In this document: positions 12,219-25,953 of the stretch, piece after piece
Position numbering within the stretch: position 1 is the first letter of the stretch
How the letters are laid out: each line of letters begins with the position of its first letter
Source of the DNA: Schmidtea polychroa
Lineage: Eukaryota
Reading direction: 5' to 3'
Assembly: GCA_044892525.1 (NCBI GenBank)
Contig: CM097885.1
Span: forward strand, 25,980,001 to 26,040,000
Length of the DNA stretch: 60,000 bases
Notes under the pieces: model-generated
Databases searched by the model: none
What the model was told of the DNA's origin: nothing
What the model saw: only the letters and a program-made list of their open reading frames with translations
Program-made: the position numbers and the translations under genes

Positions 12219-12335
12219 TGACCTTGACCTTAAAAAACTCGACCTTGACCTTAAAAAATTTGACCTTGACCTTTAAAAAATGACCTTGACCTGTCCTGGA
12301 TGTGACATGTCCTGGAGGTGACACATCCTACTACT
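12219..12335 (-). repeat. Right terminal region of Polinton A with four (T/C)GACCTTGACCT units
   Basis: Units at 12219, 12240, 12261 and 12281; a GGATGTG..CACATCC inverted pair; terminal CTACTACT. Confidence 0.85.
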
Positions 12336-12383
12336 AACATAAACATTGTTTATTTAATTTTAATAAATACTGTTTACAAAAAT

Positions 12384-13523
12384 TCAAAAACATCTGCGAT
12401 GAACGATTCCTGGACCAGATTCGTCATATTCTTGTTTTGAAATCCACATTTGTTGGGAACTTGGCAATGATGGCCAAATTGAACCTCCGATCCATACAGA
12501 GTATTTTCTTTTTGGTGGCGCAGCAATCTTGATTTCCATTGTCGGTGGAGCCAATGATGAAATTTCTTTCTGCATACGATCAGCAATGCCAGGATACATT
12601 GTTGATCCTCCTGAAAGAACTATGTTGGCGTACAAATCTCTTCTAATATCAACATCGCATTTCATGATGCTGTTGTAAGTTATTTCGTGAATACCGACTG
12701 ATTCTAATCCCAAGAAACTCGGTTGGAAGAGTGCTTCTGGGCATCTAATTCTTTCGTTACCAATAGTAATTACTTGACCGTCAGGTAATTCATAACTCTT
12801 ATCCAATGATGACGAAGTATACAATGATGAAGTTGTATCCTTTTCAGCTTTAAAATCAAGATCAATATAACAAAGCTTTTCTTTGATATCTCTAACGATT
12901 TCTCTTTCAGCAGTCGTTGTGAAACGGTATCCTCTTTCTGTGAGAATTTTCATCAAATAATCTGTAAGATCTCTTCCAGCAACATCTACTTTCAAGATAG
13001 CATGAGGAAGAGCGTATCCTTCGTAAATCGGTACAGTGTGTGTTACACCGTCTCCGGAATCCAAAACGATACCAGTGGTTCGACCAGATGCATACAATGA
13101 CAATACTGCTTGAATGGCAACATACATGGCGGGTGCATTGAATGTTTCAAACATGATTTGTGTCATCTTTTCTCTGTTGGCTTTTGGATTAAGAGGCACT
13201 TCAGTCAATAAGACTGGGTGTTCTTCAGGAGCTACTCTTAATTCATTGTAAAAGGTGTGGTGCCAAATCTTTTCCATGTCATCCCAATTAGTAACAATAC
13301 CGTGTTCAATAGGATATTTCAATGTTAAAATACCTCGTTTAGATTGGGCTTCATCTCCGACAAAACTATCTTTTTGTCCCATACCAACCATGACACATTG
13401 ATGTCTTGGACGACCGACAATTGATGAAAAAACGGCTCGTGGAGCATCATCACCAGCGAATCCGGCCTTACACATGCCAGATCCATTATCAACAACCAAA
13501 GCTGCTACATCTTCGTCTGACAT
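12384..13523 (-). CDS. act: Actin, divergent intronless paralog (possibly decaying)
   Basis: 379-aa actin ORF with substitutions at normally invariant residues and a 3-aa insertion relative to 18631-19761. Confidence 0.9.
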   Translation of the reverse strand: MSDEDVAALVVDNGSGMCKAGFAGDDAPRAVFSSIVGRPRHQCVMVGMGQKDSFVGDEAQSKRGILTLKYPIEHGIVTNWDDMEKIWHHTFYNELRVAPEEHPVLLTEVPLNPKANREKMTQIMFETFNAPAMYVAIQAVLSLYASGRTTGIVLDSGDGVTHTVPIYEGYALPHAILKVDVAGRDLTDYLMKILTERGYRFTTTAEREIVRDIKEKLCYIDLDFKAEKDTTSSLYTSSSLDKSYELPDGQVITIGNERIRCPEALFQPSFLGLESVGIHEITYNSIMKCDVDIRRDLYANIVLSGGSTMYPGIADRMQKEISSLAPPTMEIKIAAPPKRKYSVWIGGSIWPSLPSSQQMWISKQEYDESGPGIVHRRCF

Positions 13524-14410
13524 TTTTAAAAATATTTTTGTTATAATGAAATTTTTTTATATAATGAAATATTGCAATCCCAAGGTCAAATACATGATTA
13601 GTTTTTTAATTACTGAACAAAGGTCTTATAAATATTTGTTAATATAAATATCTAGAGACATGTATTAAAGGATGTATTGCTTGTGTATTACTCGTATCTT
13701 TGTTAATAATGATTTCTTCTGCCTATGTCTTTATTTTTCATGCACTTGTATTGTATTTGTCTTTGTTAGTCACGTGCTCTTATTACACAAATGTCTTTGT
13801 TAAACATTTATGTACTAACAATTCATATTTATGCTCAGTTATTGAGCTTATGCTGTATTGACTTTATTTGTGTAAATGCTCAAACCTTGGACATACTTTC
13901 ATTTTAACATGAGTCAATCAACTTTTGTAACAAATATACTTAGTGGATTTATGTCAATTAAACAAGATGAATATATTAATAGTAGTTTAATAATTTTCGT
14001 AACTTGTGCGAATAAGATATTTGAAGACAACCCTATTGGTTTTACGTTTATTTGGAATCCAAAATCAATTCAGACTAATGAATACCACATTAAAATTGAT
14101 ACTTTGTGTGCAAGGTTTTAGTTATAAACAAGAACTATTAACTTAATATGAATTGAAAATGTTATTATTAGTTTTAATATCAAATGCAATTTAAAAAATT
14201 CAACACTTATATTAAAAGAACTTCGAAAAATCTCATCAATTTGTATAACCGAAATTAGAATCATCAAACTCTGCAAACAACTCAATAATATTTAAATTTC
14301 CATTATTTATTTTGAATTATTTTATAAATTAAATAAAAAAATTAATATGATTTTCTTTTTTATTATCAAAGACTAATATTATTATTGTTATTATTATTAT
14401 TATAATTATA

Positions 14411-14443
<33 letters not shown>

Positions 14444-16304
14444 ATCGAAGACATTATTTTTATTATTTTTAGTATAAAGTGATGATTAGTTGGTAGCAGC
14501 ATGAATTAAATTTAAAAACAATTAAATGATAATTTAAGCCTTTTGCTGCGAATATAATATTTGTTGGGTTTTAATTTTTAATCCGATCCTCTCCCTCGTG
14601 TTCTTATTCAACGAAATAAATTATAACTCACAATGATTTTATATAATTTCAATCAAATTACAATTTGTCACTATTTGCATCTTTCTCCTCCTCTTTTCTC
14701 TTTTTTATCTTCGAACAAATGACGGCTTTCTTATTTCTTAGCTCTCCTTTCATAGTGTTTCTGAGAAGTCAATTATCTAGAGAATTGCAATTAATTATTT
14801 CCCCGGGAATCGTAAGCCAGCATTTGAGGGTTTCTTAATTATTTTAATTTATTTACCCTTGATTAGGGTTCGAAATATTCCTTCTATTACCTGATTGGTC
14901 AGGTCTCTGCGCCTCGGGTTTCCATCAGCGCTCGGGCTACTTATGGCTTGGGGTTTCTATTACTGATAAATTAATTTTAATTAATTTTTTTTGCATTAAC
15001 TTTCCCTGTGAACACCTTATTAAATTTTCATTATTATTTTTGAACTCGTCTATCAATTTGGCGTTCAACCCGTTCAATATTGATTTTTGATTTTTAGTAA
15101 GTTAATTAATTTTGCACTTTTATTGATTTTACTCATATTTGCTATGCTTTCCTTTTATATATAAATTTTTTGGTTTTTGCGCTAATCCTAACATATTTAA
15201 AGAAAATAATTTCGTCTATAAAATAGTCCTTTTCAATTTTAGAGAGTTTAGCTTCTTCTTTTTCTAAAATGCTCTTTGATGTTCTCTTTTATTTCTTTTT
15301 CCTTACTTCTCATTAGGTAAAATTAATAATAATCCTTTTTTCTGAAGAATTTAAAATTCTAAAAAAATTTTATTTTATATTAAATTAAATGTCCTTTAAA
15401 ATTCAAAAAGATTCATACAGAAAAATTTTTTTAATTTCTAAAGCTTCTAAAACTAGCCTATAGAAACCAATTTTAATAAATACTATCTTAAAATATTTAT
15501 AAAATATAGTGTTCAATAACTATTTATATATGCAATTTAAATATTTTAAAATATGTTTCTACTTTGATTTTTAACTCCAAATGATCTTCTAAAATTATAT
15601 TTTATCAATATTATTTTAAATTTAAATTATTATTAAAAAGCGAGTTTGAAGACTATAAATCAGTAATATATCGATGTTTCTTGATACACACGAATTTTCC
15701 GCACTGACTTTTTAAAGTTTAAATTTTTAATTAAATTTTTTATTAAAGCTATTCTCAAGGTCAAAAACAACTTATCAAATTGATGATTTCATTGATCTCT
15801 TCTTTAGTGTTGATTTTTGACCGTCTGTTTATTATGAAAATTACTTCCTTAAATCTGACATTTTTTTGAATGTTAGATGAATTTATTATAAATTTAATTA
15901 AAAATTAAACATTAAAAAAAATTTACATTTTCCCTCCAAATCGGATTCCGGCTCCTACTTCCCAATAGAAACGGGGACATTTTCGGCATTATCCCCCATA
16001 GAAATGGGGACAACTTTGTCAATTTTTCCATTAAAAGAAAATTTTAATATTTTTAAACGAGAAAAAATATTTAGGCTTTTTAACGAGAAAAATATAGTTT
16101 TCATTTCGTATTTATTTTTATGCTTTTTAACAAGAAAAATTACCTAAAATCTTTCATTTAAAAATAAATTTTAGTGTTTTTATCGAGAAATATTATTTAG
16201 GCTTTTTAATGTAAATATATTTTAATGCTTTTTAACGAGAAAAAAATATTTAAAAAAATTTTTTTTCTAGCCAAAATTTCTAGTCAAAAACTCATACTTT
16301 TCCT

Positions 16305-16514
16305 CTACTTTACAGTAATCGATTGAATTTGAATATCCGTGATTCCATTCAACTCACTTAGACGTTCTTTACACTCCATTATTCTACATTTTCCATATTT
16401 GAAAAATATAATAGGGTATTTTCCACTTTAGTCAACAATTTGCTGAAGCTTTTCAGGAGGGAATATCATATTGCTCACATCAGTCTTTCATATATAATTT
16501 ATATTTGATAACAT
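16305..16514 (-). pseudogene. TBP-like gene remnant (N-terminal half)
   Basis: Translates MLSNINYI*KTDVSNMIFPPEKLQQIVD*SGKYPIIFFKYGKCRIMECKERLSELNGITDIQIQSITVK*, colinear with the 57587-58072 product. Confidence 0.85.
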
Positions 16515-16603
16515 GTTTAGAAAAATTTTATAACTGATTTCTTTGATATAAGAGTTCATTCGAGTGATTAATATAAACAATACTAATTAATTTATATTTG
16601 AGA

Positions 16604-17067
16604 ATGGAATTAAGACATGATACTGTTTATCAAATTGTTGGTTTTAGAGGTAGTGGAAAAACTGTATTTATTCGGAAGTTATTAAAATTAAAGTTACTCG
16701 AATTGATGTTTTATATCAATAAACTAATAAAAGAAAGGATTTCAATAATTTATTCACAAAGATTAGTAAGCATGGTGGTGTCATTGTGATTTTTATAACT
16801 CAAATTTTTTTCATCAAAGCGGTAATAAAAAAACTCGTAATTTGAATGTACAATATTTAGTAATCTTCAAAAATCTGAGGGATACTACTGTGATTGATTT
16901 TCTTTTAAGACAAGCATATTCAAATAATAGAAATTTTCTAATCAGTGTATTTTTAGATGCAAATAATAACCCACATGGCTATATTTTTCTCAATTTCACT
17001 CAAAAATAACCAGATGAATTAAGAGTTAGAACAAATATTTTAAACAGCGAAGGAGTCATGGTTTTTA
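16604..17067 (+). pseudogene. Polinton packaging ATPase pseudogene
   Basis: MELRHDTVYQIVGFRGSGKT and KDFNNLFTKISKHGG...RNLNVQYLVIFKN match 58123-58746, with an internal deletion, frameshifts and stops. Confidence 0.9.
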
Positions 17068-17098
17068 AACAAAACTGAAATAGACTAAATAAGTTACC

Positions 17099-17550
17099 AT
17101 GTTTTCAAAAGCGCAAGTTAAAACAAAGTTGACAATATCAAAATCCAAATTGAGAAAACTTAAAAGAATATTGAAAAAAAAACTCAATTCTTCCCAAAAC
17201 CAGTTATACTCCTTCAAAAAACATATTATCAAAGACTTTCCAACCTCAAATTTCATTTCACATAATTTAAAACCAAAAACGGTCAAAAACATGCCAAATC
17301 TGTTAAAACGGTCAATTATCACCGAAGTTTCCCATTTTTTAGTACATTTCTGAAAGCTCCGAACATGAAAAGAATGAATATTTTACAAGAATTCCCTAAT
17401 TTCGTTATTGATGATTTACTGGATATTTTAGTTAAAGTTATGAAATGGAAAATGAGAATCAGCAAATATATAAACTTGTTTTGAAAAATCGCAAGAAAAC
17501 TCTATTATCTCTTGTAAATAATAAGAATCAGAAAATATTGAGAAAAAAGT
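17099..17550 (+). pseudogene. Basic/pX-like core protein pseudogene
   Basis: LKAPNMKRMNILQEFPNFVIDDLL matches the 2-475 product; frameshifted. Confidence 0.8.
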
Positions 17551-18630
17551 ATGTACATTACTTTCTGTACGTTCCTTTTTATAGTATCGCTTATCAGTAT
17601 TTTTAAATAACATCCGTTGTAGCAATATAATCTTTATACACCGTTCGGAAATTAAAGGTTCTAACACTTCTTAATAATTACTAATAGTGTCGATAATTAT
17701 CACCTTTGCGTAATTAGGAACCATTCAAAACATGAAAGATTCCACATAAAAAATGTTTATTTTATGTTCCATTTGTTTACCCAGTTTGTTTTAACTAATC
17801 TTATAATTATTTAATAACAGTTTTTTATTGTTTATTGCGATCCTCACCGAGGGTCACTTTTAATAAAAACTTTGAACATTCATTTCTATTTACAAATCAA
17901 TTTTCTTTAATAAAATATTTGTAGAATCTTTTACTATTAAAAGCTGCAGAAATGTAATATTTCACATAACGCATGAGTTATACAAAATAAATTATAGTAA
18001 TTTACTCTTGTAATGTTCTTGTACACCTAATGTAAGGGTTCAGTTTTTGTCAATCTTCGATGGGCCCCTATACTAAAATTTATAATTATGCGATATTTAC
18101 AATTTTAAATATTTATAGTTATTTTAGACATTGAATAATTAACTTTTCCTAATAATAATAATAATTTACGTTATATTATCTAGATGAATTATATTATCTG
18201 GACCATTGTAAATATTCAGTCCTAATTAATTTAGTGACAACGGCTATATTTAATTTATGGAAATTCTTCCGTTGCCTTCATAAATATTAGACTATTGATC
18301 AATATTTTGTTTTACATTTAACATGAAATATCGTTTGATTATATAAAAACAAATGAAGATAAAGGAAATTGAAAATATATCAGTGATGAAAATATAAAAA
18401 TATTTTACTGAAAAATAATTTTTAAATGGAATTAAATGTGAATAATTTTTGATACTTTTTTATATTTTTATAATTTAAATAATTATAATTATTTATGATA
18501 AAATAATAAAAACCATTGTCAACATTTATTCCAAAAGTTGAATTCATTGTATTTTTTGCACATACAAAAAAAATAAAATTAATAATTGTCTATTAATTAA
18601 TCATATTATTTAAATTTAAAATATTTTTGT

Positions 18631-19812
<1,182 letters not shown>

Positions 19813-19850
19813 TTATATCAAAATATTTTGCACAAAGGTTAATCTTAAGA

Positions 19851-19868
19851 ATGTCCAAATTTGGACAT
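19851..19868 (-). promoter_or_regulatory. CArG (SRF) box in the actin promoter
   Basis: CCAAATTTGG at 19855-19864 inside the perfect palindrome ATGTCCAAATTTGGACAT, about 95 bp upstream of the ATG. TATA-like ATATAAA on the minus strand at 19812-19818. Confidence 0.7.
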
Positions 19869-20052
19869 GTATGAAAGTATTATTCGTTTACAGATAACAC
19901 AAAAGGGGTAAAGGTCAAAATTGTAATAACAAATGCAAACACGAATCTCTGAATTGCACACTTTGTAAAGTTTTAACACAATAATTATATTTTCCTTGGC
20001 TGATAATTTATATTTGAATATTTAATTTACTTAAATTGCGTTTCCAATTTGT

Positions 20053-20230
<178 letters not shown>

Positions 20231-20978
20231 AAAGTAATTTAAATAAAACTTAGATGTTAAAAAATGACCTTTTGAATTTAGTCAGATCTATATAGCAGAA
20301 AGGTTTTGACAACCTTCCGATCTTTAGATGTATATCTACATCTTTGTTTTTTTCATTATAAATATGATGATTTGACTAAAAATAATGACTCAAACTGGCC
20401 TTTGAATCGTTGACGTAGAGGTCGAATAATATGAAATACAAAATTGGGAATTCAGTGTTTTTATTCGGTTGAATTTTGTTGACAAAAACATTAATTTTGA
20501 ATCAAATATCATTTAAGGCTCCAAAGCATTATTGGGGTTCAACTTTTATTTATTATCAAGTAAGACCTATTTAATGCATTTGGATAAATATTGATGAAAT
20601 TGGAATTGTATACGCTTTATTTTGTTTTATCACACTGACACTTGTATTTGTTTACTCTATTCGTTCTGTGTACGATGATGTAGACAACAACTTCCGTTAT
20701 TTTATTCTTATTCCAATTAAAACAAATTTAGAATGTTTAAAACGACAAATGGTTCATTTTAAGTAAATAATTTTCAATTTTCGTCTGTGAATGTTTCTGA
20801 ATGTTTCTACTTATTTCCATAAATTTTGATCTTTGAATTTGTTCAGTGAAAGAGTAACACAAAATTAATTAAGGGAAATTATGGACAAAAATTCATTAAA
20901 TTTAAAAGGAAATGAATGAGGGTTAACAAAATAATTATGAGATAATTTGTTGTTTCTTAAGGTATGTTAGGTTATTAA

Positions 20979-21060
20979 CACGTTGACGGACACTTGCGTC
21001 TATAGCCGTCATATAGTGTCAATTTTCAAATATCACTTGTTTCTACTGTCCGTCAATGTG
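20979..21060. mobile_element. 82-bp piggyBac-type MITE
   Basis: TTAA-CACGTTGACGGACA...TGTCCGTCAATGTG-TTAA. Confidence 0.75.
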
Positions 21061-22295
21061 TTAAGTAGCTTTGGCTGGAAAATAATCTAATTGTTATTTA
21101 TTATAATAATAATTTGACTCAACACAGTAACATTTATATAGTCTACAAAGATGAAAATTTCAAATAATAATAGTCACAATATCATATCACTTTTCATTTC
21201 CTTTTTTTTAATTAGGGGAGGTAAACCCCTGGGAGACCCACTCAAACAAATGCAAATCTAAATTGGCATTGATGAATAACATTCTATCAATTATTTATAA
21301 CAACATTAATATCTAGCTTGAATCTAGATGTCAATTCCTGTTAGATAATTTTTGTATTTTTCTTCAACCATTCTGAAAATACTTACTGAGTTGCTTTATT
21401 TTTTATAGGGGGTATTCTTATTAATAATTTCTCATTATTGCAATTTTCTAGAATAAAGTAAATTATCATTTTGTTGGAGTTTTATTTATTACAACTTAAA
21501 TCTTTAATTAATTTGTTTCTGATTTCACTCTTGTTCCTGAATGTCAAATCTACGAACTTCAAAAAATATAGATTTATTGATACAAAATTTATAACACTAA
21601 AAATAATGGCACTGAACTCCAAAAGTGTCAATAAATTCCAATCAATTTTAGTAGTGTGTTTTTGATATTCATAAATTTTCTACACCGCCTTTTTTTTCTT
21701 TTTCCTTTTTCCAGTGAATTTGATCAAATTCTTTTGAAAAAGGTAGTGCCAAAAATTCGTGAATATCAAAAACATCTATATATTACTGATTTATAGTCTT
21801 CAAACTCTTTTCAATAAATATAAGCATTTTGTTTGAAAATTTTGGGTATAGTAATGATGGCTGGTTTATCACAACTAACAAATCTCAGGTCTCCGCAATC
21901 TAGTCATCCTTTACGCGTATATCCAAACTTTTCCAATAATAGCACTTAAGATCTTGAACAAATCTTAAACCTAAATCGAAGTTATTTTCTTTTGTTTTAT
22001 CATCGGAACTCGTAAATTTTGCACCACTTTTGATAAACCTTTTGATAGACACAACTTTTAAGAGCCAAACGACAAAGGGTTTCTTGATTATTGCTTGATT
22101 AGCAATACATGTCTGTGCTACCAAATTTTTGAATATCAACCATAAAATCGTCAACTGGCTCGCTTTTCTACAAACACTGTCGAAACACGCCATAGGCTTT
22201 GTGAGGTATTCTAAAATATAAATTAAATTATTATTGTATGTTGTCTGTATGTTGAAATCCTTACTTATGCCTTCATTATTTTTATAGAAACTCCT

Positions 22296-22612
22296 TGTTA
22301 GAAGCTATAACATTTAATTCTTCTGTCATCAAAATAAATTACTAAGACTATTAAATCAAAAATTATATTTCATTAAATCTGATTATATAAACAAATATTC
22401 TTGGGACATTTTCTAAATTTTAATTTCAACCAAATATCAACATACCATCGCATTCATACTTGAATTTCAATTTTATTAAAAATTATTTTATTTTAAAATT
22501 TCAATTATCATTTCAATTTTAATATCTTAAAATAATTTAAGTTTCAATTAAAATTTTACAAATTTTAATCATGAACTAATTTAATTTAGTATTTTAATTT
22601 TAACTCCTCACA
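22296..22612 (-). repeat. 3' LTR
   Basis: Direct repeat of 27041-27357, adjacent to the polypurine tract. Confidence 0.95.
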
Positions 22613-25600
22613 TCCCCCTTTTTTAAAATGTTTGATCTTCTCAACATTTCTGACTACCATCTTCCCATTTTGATCTTTAAGTAAGTAGCTCCGTTCATGT
22701 ATTTTCTTTATCACTTTGTACGGCCCTTCCCACCTTGCATCGTCTTTATTTCGAATTTCTTGTTTGATCAAAACCACATCTTCCATTTCAAAATCTCTCA
22801 CTGTTTTGCTTATTTTTGGTTTTAGTGTTTTATCCTCTATTCTCTTTTCCATATCTTCTCTATTTATTTCTTTATTCGAGTACCATTTCATTCTGTCGAT
22901 TTTCGTCCCAAATATAATCTCTGCTGGGCTTACTCCCGTTGTTTTTTGAACTGTTGCATTTAAAGTATATTCTATTTCTGGCACTATATCAGCCCAGTTT
23001 TTCCTTCCTCCTTCATTCAATGACGCGTTAATATACTCTCTGATTGTTCTGAATTGTCTTTCAATAATACCAGTCGTGTTATGGTGATATGGGCTTGAAA
23101 AAATTAATTCAATGCCAGCTGCCTTTGATATTTCTTTTATACTTCTTGCTTCAAAGTTCTTCCCACAATCTACATGAAGTTCTTTTGGAGCTCCAAACTT
23201 TAATATCCATTTATTTAATAACGTCTCATTAATTGTTTTTTCGTCTTGCTTGTTTATGGCCGTTAATGAGATGTATTTACTATAGTGGTCAATGATTCCG
23301 CAAATATATTTCTTTTTGTTGAACGTTTCTTTCAATGGCCCACATATATCCATATATATCTTCTCGAATGGTTCTGTACTTTTTATTGTTTGAGTTTCCT
23401 CCTTTGTCTTGGTTGTTATCGTTTTCATTTTCTGACATCTTTCGCAGTTCTCAATTACCTTTTTTACTTCCGTTGCTAAATTTTCCATGTCGCAGTTATT
23501 CTGGATATATTTCGTTACTTTCTGTGCACCTGCATGGCACAGCAATACGTGTACTTCTTTTATCATCCTCTGTCTATTATCTGACGGTATCCATATTTTA
23601 CCTTGCTTAGTTAGTACCGTGTTGTTTTGCATTATGAACTTACAATCTTTATTTTCTAACTTATTCTTTATTTCTTGGACCTCCATATTGTCATTTTGCC
23701 ACTTGTTATATCCGCCTTCTGCTGTTACTGTTAATATTCTGGTTTTAATTTTGCCGGTTTTTGGGTCTTCGTGTTCCATCATACACTGTACACATGCTCC
23801 GCATGTTTTCCTGGATAGCATATCCGCGTTTGTATGGCTTGTTCCTTTCCTGTATTCCATTTTAATATCCAGGCTGCTTAAATAGTTGATCCATGTCTGG
23901 AATTGAGCAGTTATTGGTTTCTTCGTTGTTACCATAAACGTAATAGCTTTATGGTCCGTTCTCTGTACGAATCTCTTACCATATAAGTAATGGTTGAAAT
24001 GTTTACAAAAATAGTATATTGCCAATAATTCTTTTCTGGTAATGCAGTATCCTTTTTCGTGGCTGCTCATCGCATGTGAACCATATGCAATGACATGTTC
24101 ATGTCCTTTTTCATCCTTTTGCGAAAGAACTGCTCCAATAGTATCGAAGCTCGCGTCTGTGTCTAATATAAATTCTTTTCTGAAATCTGGAAATACCAAT
24201 ACTGGGGCGGTTATCAATGCTTCTTTCATTTCCCCGAAAGCCTTTTCACACATCTCTGTCCATCTTATTTTCTCATTGTTTTTTCCGCATATGCTTTCTA
24301 GTGCTCTTGCCTTCTTTGCATAGTCTTTTATGAACCGTCGATAATAGTTACAGATACCCAGAAAGCTCCTCAGATTCTTTACACATTTTGGCTTTTGAAA
24401 TGATTGTATTGCTTCTATCTTAGTATTATCTGTTTGTATGCCGTCTTTATTTATTATGTGTCCCAGAAACTTCACTTCTTTTCTAAATATTTGACATTTT
24501 TCGGGGTTCAATCTTAGTCCTGCTGTTGCGATCTTCCCTAGGACTTTTTCAAATATGTTATAATGGTCTTCTTCTGTCTTTGTGAATATTAGGATGTCGT
24601 CTAAATATACCATCACTCCATCTTTCCACAAATCTTTCAATACTTTCGTCATTAATTCTTGAAATGTTCCAGGTGCCGCTGCAATACCGAACGGCATCCT
24701 GTTAAAACAGAACTGTCCTTCTTTTGTTGAGAATGCTGTTTTCTCTTGAGATTCTTTATCTAACTTCACTTGGTAATAAGCATTTCCCAAGTCGATTGAG
24801 CTAAAATATCTGGATCCGTGTAGGATGTCTAAAATTTCATCTACATTTGGCATTGGAAATGCTTGTCTTTCTGTTATCTTGTTTAATTGTCTGAAGTCTA
24901 GACAAAGCCTGATGTCTTTTTTCTCTTTCTTCCATACACAAACTAAAGGTGTGTTCCACGGTGAATTACACTTCCTAATTATTCCGTTGTTTTCTAGATT
25001 TTTTATTGCTTCCTCAATCTTGTCTTCCAAATTTATTGGCTGACGTCTCGGTTTAATCATTATTGGCTCTCCTTTCGTGATGATCTTATATTTTATCAGA
25101 TTGGTACACCCAATGTCCCATTTATCTGCCATAAAAACATTCTTGTTTGCCTGAAATATTTCTAACAGTCTCTTATTTCCGGTAACCTTTAAAACGTCGA
25201 TGGCATGACGTAATCTTTCTTCATCTGTTATAATCCGCCCAAATCTAGCTTCTATTTCGCAAATAAAATCACTACGTTTTTCATGTTCTTCTATTATACA
25301 TTTCAATTCTATACCAAATAACCTTTGTAGTTCTACTCCTCCAATAATTTCTGGTATTAAATTCTTTACTATAATGAATGTTACATTTCTTTCAATACTG
25401 CCCATTTTAACATTGATGCTTATTTTACCCATAGTTTCTAATCTACTGTTGTTTGCACATCTTAGCGATTCCCTTGTTTCTAATATTTCGATATTTTCTA
25501 ATCGATCAATTACAGATTTAGCCATCACATTAATTCGCGCTCCTGTATCCAATAAACAATCTACTTTCCGCCCTTGGATATCCAGAGTTGTACTCGGTCT

Positions 25601-25930
25601 ACCTTGCATTATATTATATGTTATTACTGGACTTTTTTGTTCTTCTACTGACAAAATATTCTGCTCTCTAGTATCTTCTACAATTTCATTAATACACACG
25701 TCTCCATTTTTCTTGAGGAATTTGTAAATTTTCTCTATAGTTCTTTCCTCGTGTTTTACTAATTCATTTACTTTACACTCCTCTTTAAATTTTTTCTGAA
25801 TTTCCTTATCATTCGACTTTTTGATTTCTACACTACTATTTTTATTAATATTACGTTCAAAAACACTACAATCTTTATCAATCATACAATCATCATACAT
25901 ACTTAAATTACACATACCGTTAGCATTCAT
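22586..25930 (-). CDS. pol: Gypsy Pol (protease, RT, RNase H, integrase)
   Basis: LLDTGA, YLDD, TDAS..RKELLA, HHCC zinc finger, integrase core and GPY motif. Frame is open upstream to 26005. Confidence 0.96.
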   Translation of the reverse strand: MNANGMCNLSMYDDCMIDKDCSVFERNINKNSSVEIKKSNDKEIQKKFKEECKVNELVKHEERTIEKIYKFLKKNGDVCINEIVEDTREQNILSVEEQKSPVITYNIMQGRPSTTLDIQGRKVDCLLDTGARINVMAKSVIDRLENIEILETRESLRCANNSRLETMGKISINVKMGSIERNVTFIIVKNLIPEIIGGVELQRLFGIELKCIIEEHEKRSDFICEIEARFGRIITDEERLRHAIDVLKVTGNKRLLEIFQANKNVFMADKWDIGCTNLIKYKIITKGEPIMIKPRRQPINLEDKIEEAIKNLENNGIIRKCNSPWNTPLVCVWKKEKKDIRLCLDFRQLNKITERQAFPMPNVDEILDILHGSRYFSSIDLGNAYYQVKLDKESQEKTAFSTKEGQFCFNRMPFGIAAAPGTFQELMTKVLKDLWKDGVMVYLDDILIFTKTEEDHYNIFEKVLGKIATAGLRLNPEKCQIFRKEVKFLGHIINKDGIQTDNTKIEAIQSFQKPKCVKNLRSFLGICNYYRRFIKDYAKKARALESICGKNNEKIRWTEMCEKAFGEMKEALITAPVLVFPDFRKEFILDTDASFDTIGAVLSQKDEKGHEHVIAYGSHAMSSHEKGYCITRKELLAIYYFCKHFNHYLYGKRFVQRTDHKAITFMVTTKKPITAQFQTWINYLSSLDIKMEYRKGTSHTNADMLSRKTCGACVQCMMEHEDPKTGKIKTRILTVTAEGGYNKWQNDNMEVQEIKNKLENKDCKFIMQNNTVLTKQGKIWIPSDNRQRMIKEVHVLLCHAGAQKVTKYIQNNCDMENLATEVKKVIENCERCQKMKTITTKTKEETQTIKSTEPFEKIYMDICGPLKETFNKKKYICGIIDHYSKYISLTAINKQDEKTINETLLNKWILKFGAPKELHVDCGKNFEARSIKEISKAAGIELIFSSPYHHNTTGIIERQFRTIREYINASLNEGGRKNWADIVPEIEYTLNATVQKTTGVSPAEIIFGTKIDRMKWYSNKEINREDMEKRIEDKTLKPKISKTVRDFEMEDVVLIKQEIRNKDDARWEGPYKVIKKIHERSYLLKDQNGKMVVRNVEKIKHFKKGGCEELKLKY

Positions 25931-25953
25931 TCTTTGGTTGAAATCAATATTAC

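Larger units (their letters stand above)
15920..17560. mobile_element. Degenerate Polinton remnant B (boundaries approximate)
   Basis: TBP-like pseudogene (-), ATPase pseudogene (+) and pX-like pseudogene (+) in the same order as element C. Confidence 0.85.

Noticed and set aside
12133..12324. 63-aa ORF with FFKVKV repeats
   Set aside because: It is a translation of the terminal repeat units.
12384..13523. Actin as Polinton cargo
   Set aside because: It lies outside the CTACTACT terminus of element A, and no terminus links it to remnant B.
21786..22200. Coding-like minus-strand fragments flanking the Gypsy element (also 27420-27690)
   Set aside because: They contain stops and I could not assign a family; probably a decayed gene or TE.
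22716..25727. Plus-strand ORFs within Gypsy pol
   Set aside because: They are antisense shadows of the pol frame.
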